A stretch of DNA of 64,000 nucleotides, taken from positions 2,203 to 66,202 of the forward strand of contig DASVGI010000084.1 in the NCBI GenBank assembly GCA_036379595.1. Direction: 5' to 3'. The translations under genes were made by a program, and so were the position numbers. A model generated the notes under the pieces. That model ran no database searches and was not told the origin of the DNA. It worked only from the letters and a program-made list of their open reading frames with translations. This DNA comes from Casimicrobiaceae bacterium. Lineage in GTDB: Bacteria > Pseudomonadota > Gammaproteobacteria > Burkholderiales > Casimicrobiaceae. Of this stretch, positions 20,244-34,372 are shown one piece after another (position 1 is the first letter of the stretch; each line of letters begins with the position of its first letter).

Positions 20244-21128
20244 TCATGGCCGCCCCAGGAACAAGAGCGCCGCAATCGACGCGGGCGGCATCGCGGCAAC
20301 GAGCGCGTCGATGCGGTCGAGGATCCCGCCGTGGCCGGGAAGGAGCCGCCCGCTGTCCTTCACGCCGGCCTGACGCTTCAAGAGCGATTCGTAGAGGTCG
20401 CCGACAATCGAAAGACTCGCGAGCGCCAGTGCGAGCGCGACCCAGCCGACGAGCGCGGCCGGTCCCGAAGCGCCGCGATAGCCTGCCCGCGGCGCGAGCG
20501 GCGCGAGCGCGAGCGCGTAGATCGCAACGCCGGCGAGCGCTCCAGCGACGCCCTCCCACGTCTTGCCCGGGCTCACCTGCGGCGCGAGGCGATGACGGCC
20601 GATCGCGCGGCCGGTGAAGTACGCAGCGGTATCGGCGATCCACACGATCGCCATCGCCGCGAGCACGAGCCACGGCGAGCGCACCTGCATCGACACCAGC
20701 GCGACGAACGCGCCGGTCAGCACGATCCAGCCCGACACGACGCGAACGAGAGGCTGTTTCGGGTCCCAGCGCACGAGCACCCACGGCGTCGCGACGACGA
20801 GCCAGAACGCGCTCGCCACGCCACCGACCGCGAGCACCACACTCGGTGGCCAGCCGTCGTCGAAACGTGCTGCCGGCGCGAGCAGCAGATAGCCGCCGAT
20901 CAGCAGCATGCCGGCGACGAACAGCACGCGCGAAACACCGGTGAGGCGCGCAAGGCGCGCCCATTCGTTGGCCGCACCGAGCAGCGCCGCCAGGACGACC
21001 AGCGCAAAGAGGCGCGGCGGCAGCGCGAACAACGCGACGAGCACCAGCACGAGCAATGCGCAGGCAGTGACGACGCGTGTGGCAAGCGGATGGCTCGGCA
21101 CCGGGCCCGGCCCGGACGCGACACTCAC
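20244..21128 (-). CDS. cdsA: phosphatidate cytidylyltransferase
   Basis: ORF 20244..21128 (294 aa). It is a polytopic membrane protein with the C-terminal signature [28 protein letters not shown]. Confidence 0.85.
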   Translation of the reverse strand: MSVASGPGPVPSHPLATRVVTACALLVLVLVALFALPPRLFALVVLAALLGAANEWARLARLTGVSRVLFVAGMLLIGGYLLLAPAARFDDGWPPSVVLAVGGVASAFWLVVATPWVLVRWDPKQPLVRVVSGWIVLTGAFVALVSMQVRSPWLVLAAMAIVWIADTAAYFTGRAIGRHRLAPQVSPGKTWEGVAGALAGVAIYALALAPLAPRAGYRGASGPAALVGWVALALALASLSIVGDLYESLLKRQAGVKDSGRLLPGHGGILDRIDALVAAMPPASIAALLFLGRP

Positions 21129-21907
21129 GCGTCGTTCCCGTGGACCTGCTCGCCGGTCTGGCCGAAGCGGCGCTCGCGCGTGGCAAACGATTCGATCGCG
21201 GCGGCGAGCGCCGCCGCATCGAAATCAGGCCACAGGAGATCGGTGAAGTAGAGCTCGGTGTAGGCGAGCTGCCACAGCAGGAAGTTCGAGATGCGCTGCT
21301 CGCCGCCGGTGCGGATGAAGAGATCCGGCTCGGGTGCATACGCCATCGCGAGCCACGGCTCGAGCGCCTCGGGCTCGAGCGCGGCATCGTCGGCGAGCGC
21401 CTCGGGATGGACGCGAAAATACGCGCGCGCCGCCTGCGCAATGTCCCAGCGCCCGCCGTAGTTGGCGGCGATGGTCAGCGTGAGGCGTGTATTGCCCGCG
21501 GTCCTCGCCTCGCCCTCGGCGATGAGGTCGCGGATGCGCTTGTCGAAACGCGACATGTCGCCGACGACGCGCAGCCGGATGCCGTTGGTGTGGAGCTTCG
21601 CGACCTCCTGCTCGAGCGCGCGCGCGAAAAGCTCCATCAGGAGCGTCACCTCGTCGGCGGGACGACGCCAGTTTTCGCTCGAGAACGCGAACAGCGTCAG
21701 GTATTCGACGCCGTGCTCGATCGCCGCGCGCACCGCCGCGCGCACGGCCTCGACGCCCTTGCGGTGCCCGGCGATGCGCGGCAGCAGGCGCTTGTTCGCC
21801 CAGCGCCCGTTGCCGTCCATGATGATGGCGACATGGCGCGGAACCCGGACCGGGTCGGGGACGGCGCGCGTCGAGCTCGTGAACACGGCGTGGCGACCTG
21901 GAGGCAA
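21125..21907 (-). CDS. uppS: di-trans,poly-cis-undecaprenyl-diphosphate synthase
   Basis: ORF 21125..21907 (260 aa). Motifs are [24 protein letters not shown] and [14 protein letters not shown]. Confidence 0.9.
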   Translation of the reverse strand: MPPGRHAVFTSSTRAVPDPVRVPRHVAIIMDGNGRWANKRLLPRIAGHRKGVEAVRAAVRAAIEHGVEYLTLFAFSSENWRRPADEVTLLMELFARALEQEVAKLHTNGIRLRVVGDMSRFDKRIRDLIAEGEARTAGNTRLTLTIAANYGGRWDIAQAARAYFRVHPEALADDAALEPEALEPWLAMAYAPEPDLFIRTGGEQRISNFLLWQLAYTELYFTDLLWPDFDAAALAAAIESFATRERRFGQTGEQVHGNDA

Positions 21908-21920
21908 CCTCGTGGCGACC

Positions 21921-22478
21921 TCAGATCGCCATCAGGTCGGCTTCTTTCAGCTGCAGCAGGCGGTCGACTTCCGCGATGTAGTGATCGGTGAGCTTCTGCA
22001 GCTCGTCGTGCGCACGGCGCTCGTCGTCCTCCGAGCACTCCTTGTCCTTGAGAAGGCGCTTCAGATGCTCGTTGGCGTCGCGACGGACGTTGCGCACGGC
22101 GACGCGCGCCGCCTCGGCCTCTTTGTGCACGACCTTGATGAGGTCGCGCCGCCGCTCCTCGGTCAACGCCGGCATCGGCACGCGGATCATCTCGCCCGAC
22201 GTCGCCGGGTTGAGCCCGAGATCGGAGTCGCGGATCGCCTTCTCGACCACCGGGATCATCTTCTTCTCCCACGGCTGCACGGCGATCGTGCGCGGATCGG
22301 CGAGCGTCACGTTGGCAACCTGCGGCAGCGGCACCGACGAGCCGTAGTAGTCGACGTGGATGTGATCGAGCAGGCCGGTGTGCGCACGGCCGGTGCGCAC
22401 CTTGGCGAGATCCGTCTTCAGGGTCTCGACCGATTTCGCCATCTTCTGCTCGGCCGCCTTCTTGACATCGCTGATCAT
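21921..22478 (-). CDS. frr: ribosome recycling factor
   Basis: Part of ORF 21921..22598, starting at [18 protein letters not shown]. It is 185 aa with the typical RRF sequence throughout. Confidence 0.95.
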   Translation of the reverse strand: MISDVKKAAEQKMAKSVETLKTDLAKVRTGRAHTGLLDHIHVDYYGSSVPLPQVANVTLADPRTIAVQPWEKKMIPVVEKAIRDSDLGLNPATSGEMIRVPMPALTEERRRDLIKVVHKEAEAARVAVRNVRRDANEHLKRLLKDKECSEDDERRAHDELQKLTDHYIAEVDRLLQLKEADLMAI

Positions 22479-22492
22479 GGAGCCTCCACGCC

Positions 22493-23269
22493 TCAACAGT
22501 GCACGAGCGTGCCCTCGTCCTCGCCCATCACGACGCGCTTCAGCGCGCCGGGCACGAAGATCGAGAACACCTTGAGCTGCATGTTCTGGTCGCGGCACAG
22601 CGCGAGCGCCGTCGCGTCCATCACCTTGAGATGGCGCGCGATCGCCTCGTCGAAGGTCAGCGACTGGTAGCGCCGCGCGGCCTTGTCGAGATGCGGATCG
22701 GACGTGTAGACGCCGTCGACCTTGGTCGCCTTCAGCACGATGTCGACGCTCATCTCGCGCCCGCGCAGCGCGGCCGCGGTATCGGTGGTGAAGAACGGGT
22801 TGCCGGTGCCGGCCGCGAAGATCACGACGCGATTGAGCTCGAGGTGACGCAACGCGCGCCCGCGGATGTACGGCTCCGCAACCTGATCGATGCGCAGCGC
22901 CGACTGCACGCGCGACTCGACGCCGGCGCGCCGCAGCGCATCCTGCAACGCGAGCGCGTTCATCAGCGTCGCGAGCATGCCCATGTAGTCGGCGGTCGCG
23001 CGGTCCATCCCGGCAGCGCCCGGAGCGACGCCGCGGAAGATGTTGCCGCCGCCGATGACGATCGCGATCTGCACGCCGAGGCGCGCGACCTCGCCGACCT
23101 CGGCGACGATGCGGTCGATCGTCTCGCGCTCGATCCCGTAGCTGTTGGCGCCCATCAGCGCCTCGCCCGAAAGCTTCAGCAGGATGCGACGGAACGCCGG
23201 CCGCGCCGCCGGCAGCGGTGCGACCTTGGCGGCGGAAACGGCGGTGGCTGCGCTATCGGGTGGGCTCAT
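22493..23269 (-). CDS. pyrH: UMP kinase
   Basis: ORF 22493..23269 (258 aa). Motifs are [22 protein letters not shown] and [10 protein letters not shown]. Confidence 0.9.
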   Translation of the reverse strand: MSPPDSAATAVSAAKVAPLPAARPAFRRILLKLSGEALMGANSYGIERETIDRIVAEVGEVARLGVQIAIVIGGGNIFRGVAPGAAGMDRATADYMGMLATLMNALALQDALRRAGVESRVQSALRIDQVAEPYIRGRALRHLELNRVVIFAAGTGNPFFTTDTAAALRGREMSVDIVLKATKVDGVYTSDPHLDKAARRYQSLTFDEAIARHLKVMDATALALCRDQNMQLKVFSIFVPGALKRVVMGEDEGTLVHC

Positions 23270-23323
23270 CGCTTGCGCTCCGCAGTGAAGGGACGGTGAC
23301 GCGCGTCGCCGCCGGCGCCGGGA

Positions 23324-24202
23324 TCAGGCGCGGCTCAACGCGGCGACCTCGGCCGCGAAATCGTCCTTGCGCTTCTCGATTCCCTCGCCGACGACGTAGA
23401 GAACGAAGCCGTTGACCGTCGCCCCCTGCGCCTTCAGGAGCGCCGCGACGGTCTCCTTGTCGTTCTTGACGAAAGGCTGACCGAGCAGCGTCACCTCGGC
23501 GAGGAACTTGGCGACAGCGCCGTCGACCATCTTCGCGACGATGTTCGCGGGCTTGCCCGACTCGGCAGCGCGGGCGGCGGCGATCGACCGCTCGCGCTCG
23601 ATCACGTCGGCGGCGACGTCGTCCCGCGAGACGGCGATCGGCTTGCTCGCGGCGATGTGCATCGCGAGGTCACGTCCCAGCGTGGCGCTGCCTCCGCTGA
23701 CGTCGACCAGCACGCCGATGCGCGTCCCGTGCACGTAGGAAGCAATGCTTCCGCGCGCCTCGACGTTCTGAAAGCGGCGGATGCCGATGTTCTCGCCGAT
23801 CTTCTGCACCAGCGCGACACGGCGCGCCTCGACGGTCTCGCCGGACGCGAGCGTGAGCGACGACAGCGCAGCCGGATCGGCCGGACGCCGCGTACGCACG
23901 AGCGCCGCGAGCTCGGCGGCGAACGCCTTGAAGTCGTCGTTGCGCGCGACGAAGTCGGTCTCGCAGTTCACCTCGACGATCGCGGCGCTCTTGCCGTCGT
24001 CGGCGACCGACACGCCGATGACGCCCTCGGCGGCGACGCGACCCGCGGCCTTGCTCGCCTTCGCGCCGCTCCTGATGCGCAGGATCTCCTCGGCCCTGGT
24101 GAGATCACCTGCCGCCTCGGTCAGCGCCCGCTTGCACTCCATCATGCCCAGCCCGGTGCGCTGGCGCAGTTCCATCACGGTTGTCGCGGAAATATCCGCC
24201 AT
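23324..24202 (-). CDS. tsf: translation elongation factor Ts
   Basis: ORF 23324..24214, with the start at [27 protein letters not shown] (the EF-Ts UBA-like N-terminus). Confidence 0.95.
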   Translation of the reverse strand: MADISATTVMELRQRTGLGMMECKRALTEAAGDLTRAEEILRIRSGAKASKAAGRVAAEGVIGVSVADDGKSAAIVEVNCETDFVARNDDFKAFAAELAALVRTRRPADPAALSSLTLASGETVEARRVALVQKIGENIGIRRFQNVEARGSIASYVHGTRIGVLVDVSGGSATLGRDLAMHIAASKPIAVSRDDVAADVIERERSIAAARAAESGKPANIVAKMVDGAVAKFLAEVTLLGQPFVKNDKETVAALLKAQGATVNGFVLYVVGEGIEKRKDDFAAEVAALSRA

Positions 24203-24305
24203 CTTCCACTCCACTGATCAGCTCACCGCGGGTGGGCGTCGCCGCCCGCAGCGATCGTTGCGCGGCAGTGCGGACGCGCGACGCGCCTGCCGCACCGCAA
24301 TCGCG

Positions 24306-25049
24306 TCACGCCGAGGCTTCGTCGGCCACCTCGACGAATTCGTCGCCGCCCGACGCGATCTCCTGGATCGTGCTGTTGCGGCCCTCGAGCACGGCATCGG
24401 CGACGCCGCGGGCATAGAGCCGGATCGCCCGGCTCGAATCGTCGTTACCCGGGATCACCCAGGCGACCGGGTCCGGATTGTGATTGGTGTCGACGACCGC
24501 GACGATCGGGATGCCGAGCTTCTTCGCTTCGCTGACGGCGATCTTGTGGTAGCCGACGTCGATGATGAACACCGCATCGGGCAGCGCGCTCATGTCCTTG
24601 ATCCCGCCGAGGCTCTTCTGCAGCTTGTCGAGCTCGCGCCGGTGCGACAGCGCCTCGCGCTTCGACATGCGCTCGAAGGTGCCGTCTTCGGTCATCGTTT
24701 CGAGGTCCTTCAGGCGCTTGATCGACTGCTTGACGGTCTTGAAGTTCGACAGCATGCCGCCGAGCCAGCGGTTGTCGACGTACGGCATGCCCGCGCGCCG
24801 CGCCTCCTCGGCGACGATCTCGCGCGCCTGGCGCTTGGTGCCGACGAACAGGATGGTGCCCCGATTCGCCGCGAGCTGGCGGACGTACTTCATCGCCTCG
24901 TTGTACATCGCCAGCGTCTTTTCGAGGTTGACGATGTGAATCTTGTTGCGCTGGCCGAAGATGTATTCGGCCATCTTCGGATTCCAGTACCGCGTCTGGT
25001 GGCCGAAATGCACACCGGCCTCCAGCATCTGACGCATCGTGACGGACAT
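24306..25049 (-). CDS. rpsB: 30S ribosomal protein S2
   Basis: ORF 24306..25049 (247 aa). It begins [26 protein letters not shown] and is canonical S2. Confidence 0.95.
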   Translation of the reverse strand: MSVTMRQMLEAGVHFGHQTRYWNPKMAEYIFGQRNKIHIVNLEKTLAMYNEAMKYVRQLAANRGTILFVGTKRQAREIVAEEARRAGMPYVDNRWLGGMLSNFKTVKQSIKRLKDLETMTEDGTFERMSKREALSHRRELDKLQKSLGGIKDMSALPDAVFIIDVGYHKIAVSEAKKLGIPIVAVVDTNHNPDPVAWVIPGNDDSSRAIRLYARGVADAVLEGRNSTIQEIASGGDEFVEVADEASA

Positions 25050-25356
25050 GCGAGACTCCTTCGATCAGGGTTGAACCTCCATCGACGGGCGCTGGTCCAC
25101 AACCGAAGTGCGGACACCCTGAAACCGCCGATGTGCGTGATGGGCGGGCATCCTGCCGGCGCCGCTGCGCCGGAGGAAAACCGCGCCTCTTCAAACCGCT
25201 TGCATCCCGGCACGGCTTGCCAAAGGCCCGCGCAGGCGCCATCTTTAAAATAGTGCTGTACGCGGTGCCGTGGCGGTGACCCCCGATTTCCCGGCGGATC
25301 GTGCGCGAGCTGCGTTGCGGTTAACTTGAAATTCTAGCACACGGGAACAGGCGATC

Positions 25357-26454
25357 ATGAGCGAAATCCCCGCGCAGACGGGTCCTGCACAGACGGGCCG
25401 CGCGCCGGACGAGCCGACCCCCCTGCTCTGCCCGGAGCCTGCCTTCGGCTTCCTCGAGGTCGCGGGCGACGACGCCGCGGCGTTCCTGCACGGCCAGCTT
25501 TCGAGCGACGTGCGCGCGCTCGCCCCCGACGAGGCGCAATACTCGAGCTACAACACGGCGAAGGGGCGCGTGCTCGCGAACCTCGTCGTCGTCCGCATCG
25601 CCGGCGAGGGAGCGGCCGCGCGTTACGGCATCGTGCTCACGCGCGATCTCGCGGCATCGATGCGCGAGCGCCTCGCGAGGTACGTGATGCGCTCGAAGGT
25701 GGCGATCGCCGATCGCAGCGGCGAGTGGGCGACGTTCGGGCTCATCGGAGACGGCACGACCGCCGCGCTCGAAGCGGCTGGCTTCCATGTCGCGCCGTCG
25801 AAGCTCGCCAGGAGCGGTGACGCGTTCGTGCTCGGTCTCCCCGACGGGCGCGCGCTGGTGTTCGGTGCCCCGGCGGCTGTCGCCGCCCTCCGCGAAGCGA
25901 TCGCCCCGCGCACGCGACCCGGAGATCGGAGCGCGTGGCTCGCGGCGGACGTCGATGCCGGCATTGCGTGGGTCGTCCCTGCGACCAGCGAGCTCTTCGT
26001 TGCGCAGATGCTGAACTGGGACGTGCTCGGCGGCATCAGTTTCCGCAAAGGCTGCTATCCGGGACAGGAGATCGTCGCGCGGATGCATTACCTCGGCAGG
26101 CTCAAGGAGCGCCTCCTCGCATTCGAGACCGACGCCGAAGGCATCGCTGCGGGCGCGAAACTCGAGTCGCCGAGCTTCGGCGAGCAAGCCTGCGGAACGG
26201 TCGCCGTCGCCGTACCCCGCCCCGGTGGAGGCAGCCGGCTCCTTGCCGTGACGCAACTCGCGGCGGCCGCCGCCGGCGATCTATCGCTTGCCGATCATCC
26301 CGGCGCACGCCTCGCCCCGCTTCCGCTTCCCTACACGCTTCCGCCGCCCGGCACCGACCCCCGCAGCAAAGCAGTGACCGCGGGCGGCAGTGCCGCCGAC
26401 GAACACAATGCTGACGCCGGAGCGGGTGCGTCGGCGTCCGCCCGGGGAGCGTGA
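25357..26454 (+). CDS. ygfZ: folate-binding Fe-S cluster repair / tRNA-modification protein YgfZ
   Basis: ORF 25357..26454 (365 aa). It has an aminomethyltransferase-like fold and the signature KGCYPGQEIVARMHYLG. Confidence 0.8.
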   Translation: MSEIPAQTGPAQTGRAPDEPTPLLCPEPAFGFLEVAGDDAAAFLHGQLSSDVRALAPDEAQYSSYNTAKGRVLANLVVVRIAGEGAAARYGIVLTRDLAASMRERLARYVMRSKVAIADRSGEWATFGLIGDGTTAALEAAGFHVAPSKLARSGDAFVLGLPDGRALVFGAPAAVAALREAIAPRTRPGDRSAWLAADVDAGIAWVVPATSELFVAQMLNWDVLGGISFRKGCYPGQEIVARMHYLGRLKERLLAFETDAEGIAAGAKLESPSFGEQACGTVAVAVPRPGGGSRLLAVTQLAAAAAGDLSLADHPGARLAPLPLPYTLPPPGTDPRSKAVTAGGSAADEHNADAGAGASASARGA

Positions 26455-26458
26455 ATCG

Positions 26459-27247
26459 GTGTGCCTCGCCGTCCTCGCACTCGGCGCGCATCCGCGCTAT
26501 CGGCTCGTCGTCGCGGCGAACCGCGACGAGTTCCACGCGCGTCCGGCCGCCGCCGCGCACTGGTGGCGCACGCGCCAGGGCACGCTGCTCCTCGGCGGAC
26601 GCGATCTCGAGGCCGGCGGCGCGTGGCTCGCCGTCAATGCGGCGGGGCGCTGGGCATTCGTCACCAACGTCCGCGAACCCGGACGCCATGACCCGCGCGC
26701 GCCGTCGCGCGGACAACTCGTGCCGGCGCTGCTCGCCGATCCGGCCGATGCCGTGACGTCGATGCGCGAAGCGCTCGCCGGCGCACGGACCTGGAACGGC
26801 TTCAACGCGGTCGCCGGCGACGCAGATGCCGCCGCGTTCGGATCGAACCGCCAGGCGGGCGTCGTCGCGCTCGACGGCGGTGTGCACGGCGTGTCGAATG
26901 CGACGCTCGACACGCCGTGGCCGAAGGTCGTGCGCGCGAGAGAGCGCCTCGCGCGCTTCGTCGCACGCGGCGCCGACGATCCGACGTCGTTGTGGGAGCT
27001 CCTCGCCGACCGTGCGCTCGCTCCGGACGCGACGCTGCCGCACACCGGCGTCGCGCGCGATCGTGAACGCATGCTGTCGGCGGCGTTCATCGTCAGCCCC
27101 GAGTACGGAACGCGGGCGTCGACGCTGCTGACCATCGACGTCGACGGTCGCGGCTGGCTCGCGGAGCGGAGCTTCGACGCGCAGGGCGCGCCGACCGGCG
27201 AGGTCGAGTTCGAGTTTCGCGTCGCTGTGCCGACTCACACGGCGTAG
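26459..27247 (+). CDS. NRDE family protein (TANGO2/DUF833-like)
   Basis: Part of ORF 26390..27247. The start is taken at GTG 26459, giving (M)CLAVLALG, the usual N-terminal Cys context. The literal NRDE motif is present (VVAANRDEFHARP). Confidence 0.75.
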   Translation: MCLAVLALGAHPRYRLVVAANRDEFHARPAAAAHWWRTRQGTLLLGGRDLEAGGAWLAVNAAGRWAFVTNVREPGRHDPRAPSRGQLVPALLADPADAVTSMREALAGARTWNGFNAVAGDADAAAFGSNRQAGVVALDGGVHGVSNATLDTPWPKVVRARERLARFVARGADDPTSLWELLADRALAPDATLPHTGVARDRERMLSAAFIVSPEYGTRASTLLTIDVDGRGWLAERSFDAQGAPTGEVEFEFRVAVPTHTA

Positions 27248-28125
27248 TCGTGCAGGCGCAGCTTCGCGTGCCCGTCGGATGACTCGAACGTGCAGCGACC
27301 TCCGACCGGCAGCGTCAGCTTCTCGCGCACGTGCCCGAAGGGCAATCCGGTGAACACCGGCACCGGCAGGTGCGCGCGAAGCTGCGCGATCGCGGCGACG
27401 ATGTCGTAGCCGCCGTCGTTCGCGCCGAGCTGATAGTCGGTGAAGCTGCCGAGGAGAACCGCGCGCTGGCGCATCAGCACGCCGCCGAGAAGAAGCTGAT
27501 AGAGCATCCGCTCGATCCGGTACGGATGCTCGCCGACGTCTTCGAGGAACAGGATGCCGCCCGGGACGTCGGGCAGATAGCTGGTGCCGGCGAGGTGCGC
27601 GACCATCGCGAGGTTGCCGCCCCAGAGCACGCCGCTCGCCGAGACTCCCGTCGGGCCGTCGAGCGCGCAGCGGACCTCCCAGTCGGCGTGCTCGAGCACC
27701 CCGAAACAGTTCTCGAACGTGTACGGCGACGGCTGCTCGGCGCCGAAGTCGTAGCTCGCCATCGGTCCGGCGAACGTGACCATCCCGGCGCGAGCGAGCG
27801 CCGCGAGTTGGAACGCGGTGAAGTCCGAATGGCCGAGCCAGCGCTTGCGCGCGCGCGCAAGCCGCGCGAAATCGAGTCGTTCGAGAAGGCGCGTGAATCC
27901 ATACCCCCCGCGCAGCATCACCGCAACGTCCGCGTCGTCGGCCGCTGCAACGCGCTCGATCGCCGCGAGGCGCTCGCCGTCGGGCGCCGAGAAGCGCTGC
28001 CACCGCGAGCCGACGGTCGGATCGCAGCGGACCGTGTGGCCGAGCGCTTCGAGGCGCGCCGCCGCGCGCGGCACGGCGGCGGGATCCGTCGCAAAGCCGG
28101 CCGGGGCGAGGAGATCGAAGTGCAC
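27235..28125 (-). CDS. ldcA: LD-carboxypeptidase (muramoyltetrapeptide carboxypeptidase-like)
   Basis: ORF 27235..28125 (296 aa). It has the nucleophile motif WLGHSDFTA and the C-terminal FGHV His region of peptidase family S66. Confidence 0.8.
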   Translation of the reverse strand: MHFDLLAPAGFATDPAAVPRAAARLEALGHTVRCDPTVGSRWQRFSAPDGERLAAIERVAAADDADVAVMLRGGYGFTRLLERLDFARLARARKRWLGHSDFTAFQLAALARAGMVTFAGPMASYDFGAEQPSPYTFENCFGVLEHADWEVRCALDGPTGVSASGVLWGGNLAMVAHLAGTSYLPDVPGGILFLEDVGEHPYRIERMLYQLLLGGVLMRQRAVLLGSFTDYQLGANDGGYDIVAAIAQLRAHLPVPVFTGLPFGHVREKLTLPVGGRCTFESSDGHAKLRLHDYAV

Positions 28126-28165
28126 GGTGGTGTCGCGGCTCGGCGTCGCGCTCGTCAGGCTCGCC

Positions 28166-31425
<3,260 letters not shown>

Positions 31426-31429
<4 letters not shown>

Positions 31430-31533
31430 TGGCAACGATGATCGCGATGATGATCGCAACGGTGATGATCGCAACGATGATGGTAACGATGATGGCAAGG
31501 CGCGCGAGCACACTGCGCGCGACGGTGGGGTAA
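31426..31533 (+). other. 35-codon Met/Ile/Thr/Val-rich micro-ORF made of frame-preserving tandem repeats, bridging bkdA2 and bkdB
   Basis: The sequence ATGATGGCAACG ATGATCGCG ATGATGATCGCAACG GTGATGATCGCAACG ATGATGGTAACG ATGATGGCAAGG... encodes MMATMIAMMIATVMIATMMVTMMARRASTLRATVG. Its ATG overlaps the bkdA2 stop (AATGA) and its TAA overlaps the bkdB ATG (TAATG). GGAGGA lies immediately upstream. Whether it is translated is unknown. Confidence 0.3.
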
Positions 31534-32987
31534 TGCCGATTCGCGTCGTCAAGATGCCGGACATCGGCGAAGGCATCGCCGAGGTCGAGCTGGTCGCCTG
31601 GCATGTCAAGCAGGGCGATGCCGTCGCTGAGGACCAGGTGCTGGCCGACGTGATGACCGACAAGGCGAACGTCGAGATCCCAGCCCCGGTCTCCGGAACG
31701 ATCGTCGCGCTTGGCGGCGAGATCGGGCAGACGATGGCGGTGGGCTCGGAGCTCGTGCGCATCGCGGTGGGGGAAGGCGCCGGTGTGGAAGCTGCGTCAC
31801 TCGAGGCGCAACCGCCGGCAGCGGCAGCCGCGGCGCCGCAACCGCAGACCGCGGCGGCACCGCGCGCCGCGCCTCAGATCCCGGTCACGCCTGCGCCCGC
31901 TGCAGCGACCCCTTCCATCGAGGCGCGGGCTGCACCGGAGTTCGCGCCGCTGCTGCGCGAAGCTTCGCCGGCCGAGCGGCCGATCGCCTCACCGTCGGTG
32001 CGCCGACGCGCGTGGGAGCTCGATGTCGACCTTGCGGCAGTACGCGGAAGCGGGAGCGGTGGGCGCATCATGCACGGCGATCTCGATGCGTACGTCGCGC
32101 AGCGCGGCACCGCCGGGCGCTCGGCGCCGCACACGTTCCCGTCGTTGCGCGGGGCCGCTGCGGGCACTGCGGCAACGGCGACACCGCCCGCGGCGACGCG
32201 GTCGTCCGCAGCGGTAGCGGGGTCGCCCGCAGCGGTGACACGACCGGCGGCAGCAGCCGGCACGAGCGAAGTCGAGGCGATCCGCGTCGTCGGACTGCGA
32301 CGCCAGATCGCGCAGAAGATGCAGGAATCGAAGCGCCGGATTCCGCACTTCACCTACGTAGAGGAGATCGACGTCACGCGTCTCGAAGAGCTGCGACGCG
32401 AGCTCAACGACCACTACGGAACGTCGCGCGCGAAGCTTTCGCCGCTGTCGTTCGTGATGCGCGCGATGGTCCGCGCCGTGCGCGACTTTCCGCAGGTCAA
32501 CGCGCGCTTCGACGACGAAGCGGGCGTCGTGACGCGCTACGCCGCCGTGCACATCGGCATCGCGACCGACACGCCCAACGGCCTCCTCGTCCCGGTCGTG
32601 CGCGACGCGCAGACGCTCGATCTGTGGCAGTGCGCTTCCGAGGTCGCTCGCGTCGCCGAAATCGCACGCGGCGGCCAAGCGACGCGCGAGCAGCTCACTG
32701 GCTCGACGATCACCATCACGAGCCTCGGCACGCTCGGCGGCATCGTGTCTACGCCGGTCATCAATCGCCCCGAGGTGGCGATCGTCGGCGTCAACCGGAT
32801 CGTCGAGCGCCCGGCGATCGTCGACGGTGCGATCGTCGCGCGCAAGCTGATGAATTTATCGTCGTCGTTCGACCACCGCGTCGTCGACGGCGCCGATGCC
32901 GCACGGTTCATCCAGGCCGTGCGCGGCTACCTCGAATCTCCTGCGCCGCTGCTCGTCGTCGACGACGGCGCGTCAACGCCGGCTTAG
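31533..32987 (+). CDS. bkdB: branched-chain 2-oxoacid dehydrogenase E2 (dihydrolipoyl transacylase)
   Basis: Part of ORF 31224..32987, starting at MPIRVVKMPDIGEGIAEVE. The lipoyl-Lys context is VMTDKANVEIPAP. It has Ala/Pro linkers, an E3-binding region (ASPSVRRRAWELDVDL) and the catalytic motif SSSFDHRVVDGA. Confidence 0.9.
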   Translation: MPIRVVKMPDIGEGIAEVELVAWHVKQGDAVAEDQVLADVMTDKANVEIPAPVSGTIVALGGEIGQTMAVGSELVRIAVGEGAGVEAASLEAQPPAAAAAAPQPQTAAAPRAAPQIPVTPAPAAATPSIEARAAPEFAPLLREASPAERPIASPSVRRRAWELDVDLAAVRGSGSGGRIMHGDLDAYVAQRGTAGRSAPHTFPSLRGAAAGTAATATPPAATRSSAAVAGSPAAVTRPAAAAGTSEVEAIRVVGLRRQIAQKMQESKRRIPHFTYVEEIDVTRLEELRRELNDHYGTSRAKLSPLSFVMRAMVRAVRDFPQVNARFDDEAGVVTRYAAVHIGIATDTPNGLLVPVVRDAQTLDLWQCASEVARVAEIARGGQATREQLTGSTITITSLGTLGGIVSTPVINRPEVAIVGVNRIVERPAIVDGAIVARKLMNLSSSFDHRVVDGADAARFIQAVRGYLESPAPLLVVDDGASTPA

Positions 32988-33011
32988 GCGGCTTATTCCC
33001 TGAGACCGAAG

Positions 33012-33413
33012 ATGCGTGGTTCCTGCCTCTGCAAGTCAATCGAGTACGAAGTCAGTCAACTCGACTCTCCGATCGAGCACTGCTCCTGCCGAACGTGCCG
33101 GAAGGCGCACGCTGCAGCGTTCAACACCGCCGCCGCTGTCAAGCACCAGCACTTTCACTGGCTCAAGGGCGAAGACCTTCTGAAGGGCTACGAATCATCG
33201 CCCGGAAAGACCCGATTCTTCTGCTCAAACTGCGGCACTCATCTTGTCGCACGTCGTGAAGGTTCTGACTACTTGATCCTTCGCGTTGCCACCCTCGATG
33301 AAGATCCAGGCGTTGCCCCGGAATTCCAAATCTGGGCGTCCCATGAGGTGCCGTGGCTTCGCCACGGTCCATCGGTGGCTGCCTACCCTGAATGGGAGCC
33401 CGGGCACAAATGA
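33012..33413 (+). CDS. GFA (glutathione-dependent formaldehyde-activating / CENP-V) family protein
   Basis: ORF 33012..33413 (133 aa). Cys clusters are GSCLC, CSCRTC and FCSNCG. GC is visibly lower than the surroundings. Confidence 0.8.
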   Translation: MRGSCLCKSIEYEVSQLDSPIEHCSCRTCRKAHAAAFNTAAAVKHQHFHWLKGEDLLKGYESSPGKTRFFCSNCGTHLVARREGSDYLILRVATLDEDPGVAPEFQIWASHEVPWLRHGPSVAAYPEWEPGHK

Positions 33414-34357
33414 CCCTCCCTCCGCCTACCCTGTCGCTTCGCGCCGCGGTGGTCCAGGCCGGGGCCATTCCCTTCGACACCGAAGCCTGCGTCGATAAAG
33501 CGGTGCGCCTGATCGGCGAAGCCGCTGCCACCGGTGCGAAGCTGATCGTCTTCCCCGAGGCGTTCATCCCGGGTTACCCCAAGGGGCTCAACTACGGCCT
33601 CGTCGTCGGCGCGCGCGATCCCGTCGGACGCGAGGAATTCCGCCTCTACCTCGATGCCGCGATCGCCGTCCCCGGCCCGCAGACGCAGCGCCTGGGCGAA
33701 GCTGCCGCCGCGTACCATTGCTACGTCGTCATCGGCGTCATCGAGCGCGACGGCGCCACCTGCCACTGCACGGCGCTGTTCTTCGGACCCGATGGCGCGC
33801 TGCTCGGCAAGCACCGCAAGCTGATGCCGACGGTGATGGAGCGGGTGATCTGGGGCTTCGGCGACGGCTCGACGCTGACGGCGATCGACAGCCCCTATGG
33901 CCGCATCGGCTCGGTGATCTGCTGGGAAAACTACATGCCGATGCTGCGCATGGCGATGTACGCGAAGAACGTCGCGCTCTACTGCGCGCCGACGGCTGAC
34001 GATCGCGAGACATGGCTGCCGACGATGCGGCACATCGCGCTCGAGGGACGCTGTTTCGTGCTTACCGCGTGCCAGTTCCTGCGCAAGCAGGATTTCCCGC
34101 CGACCGTGCGCGTGTCGCTCGGCGACGCGCCGGAATCGGTGCTGATGCGTGGTGGCAGCGCGATCATCGATCCGCTCGGCAAAGTGCTGGCTGGACCGCA
34201 CTTCGACGGCGAGACGATCCTGACGGCAGACCTCGACCTCGGCGACATCGGTCGCGGGAAATTCGATTTCGACGTCACCGGCCACTACAGCCGGCCCGAC
34301 GTGTTTCAGTTGAGCGTCAACGAGGCACCGCAGCAGGCGGTGCGATCGAAGCCCTGA
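33410..34357 (+). CDS. nitrilase (carbon-nitrogen hydrolase superfamily, branch 1-like)
   Basis: ORF 33392..34357, with the start at MTLPPP (its ATG overlaps the GFA stop, ATGA). The Glu-Lys-Cys triad contexts are VFPEAFIPGYP, KHRKLMPT and VICWENYMP. Confidence 0.85.
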   Translation: MTLPPPTLSLRAAVVQAGAIPFDTEACVDKAVRLIGEAAATGAKLIVFPEAFIPGYPKGLNYGLVVGARDPVGREEFRLYLDAAIAVPGPQTQRLGEAAAAYHCYVVIGVIERDGATCHCTALFFGPDGALLGKHRKLMPTVMERVIWGFGDGSTLTAIDSPYGRIGSVICWENYMPMLRMAMYAKNVALYCAPTADDRETWLPTMRHIALEGRCFVLTACQFLRKQDFPPTVRVSLGDAPESVLMRGGSAIIDPLGKVLAGPHFDGETILTADLDLGDIGRGKFDFDVTGHYSRPDVFQLSVNEAPQQAVRSKP

Positions 34358-34372
34358 TCGGAGTCGAATCGC

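Noticed and set aside
25050-25356. The 307-nt rpsB-ygfZ divergent region could hold a ribosomal-protein S2 autoregulatory leader.
   Set aside because: Such a leader is plausible from what is known about rpsB leaders in other proteobacteria. I could not identify the conserved pseudoknot elements by eye, so no feature is claimed.
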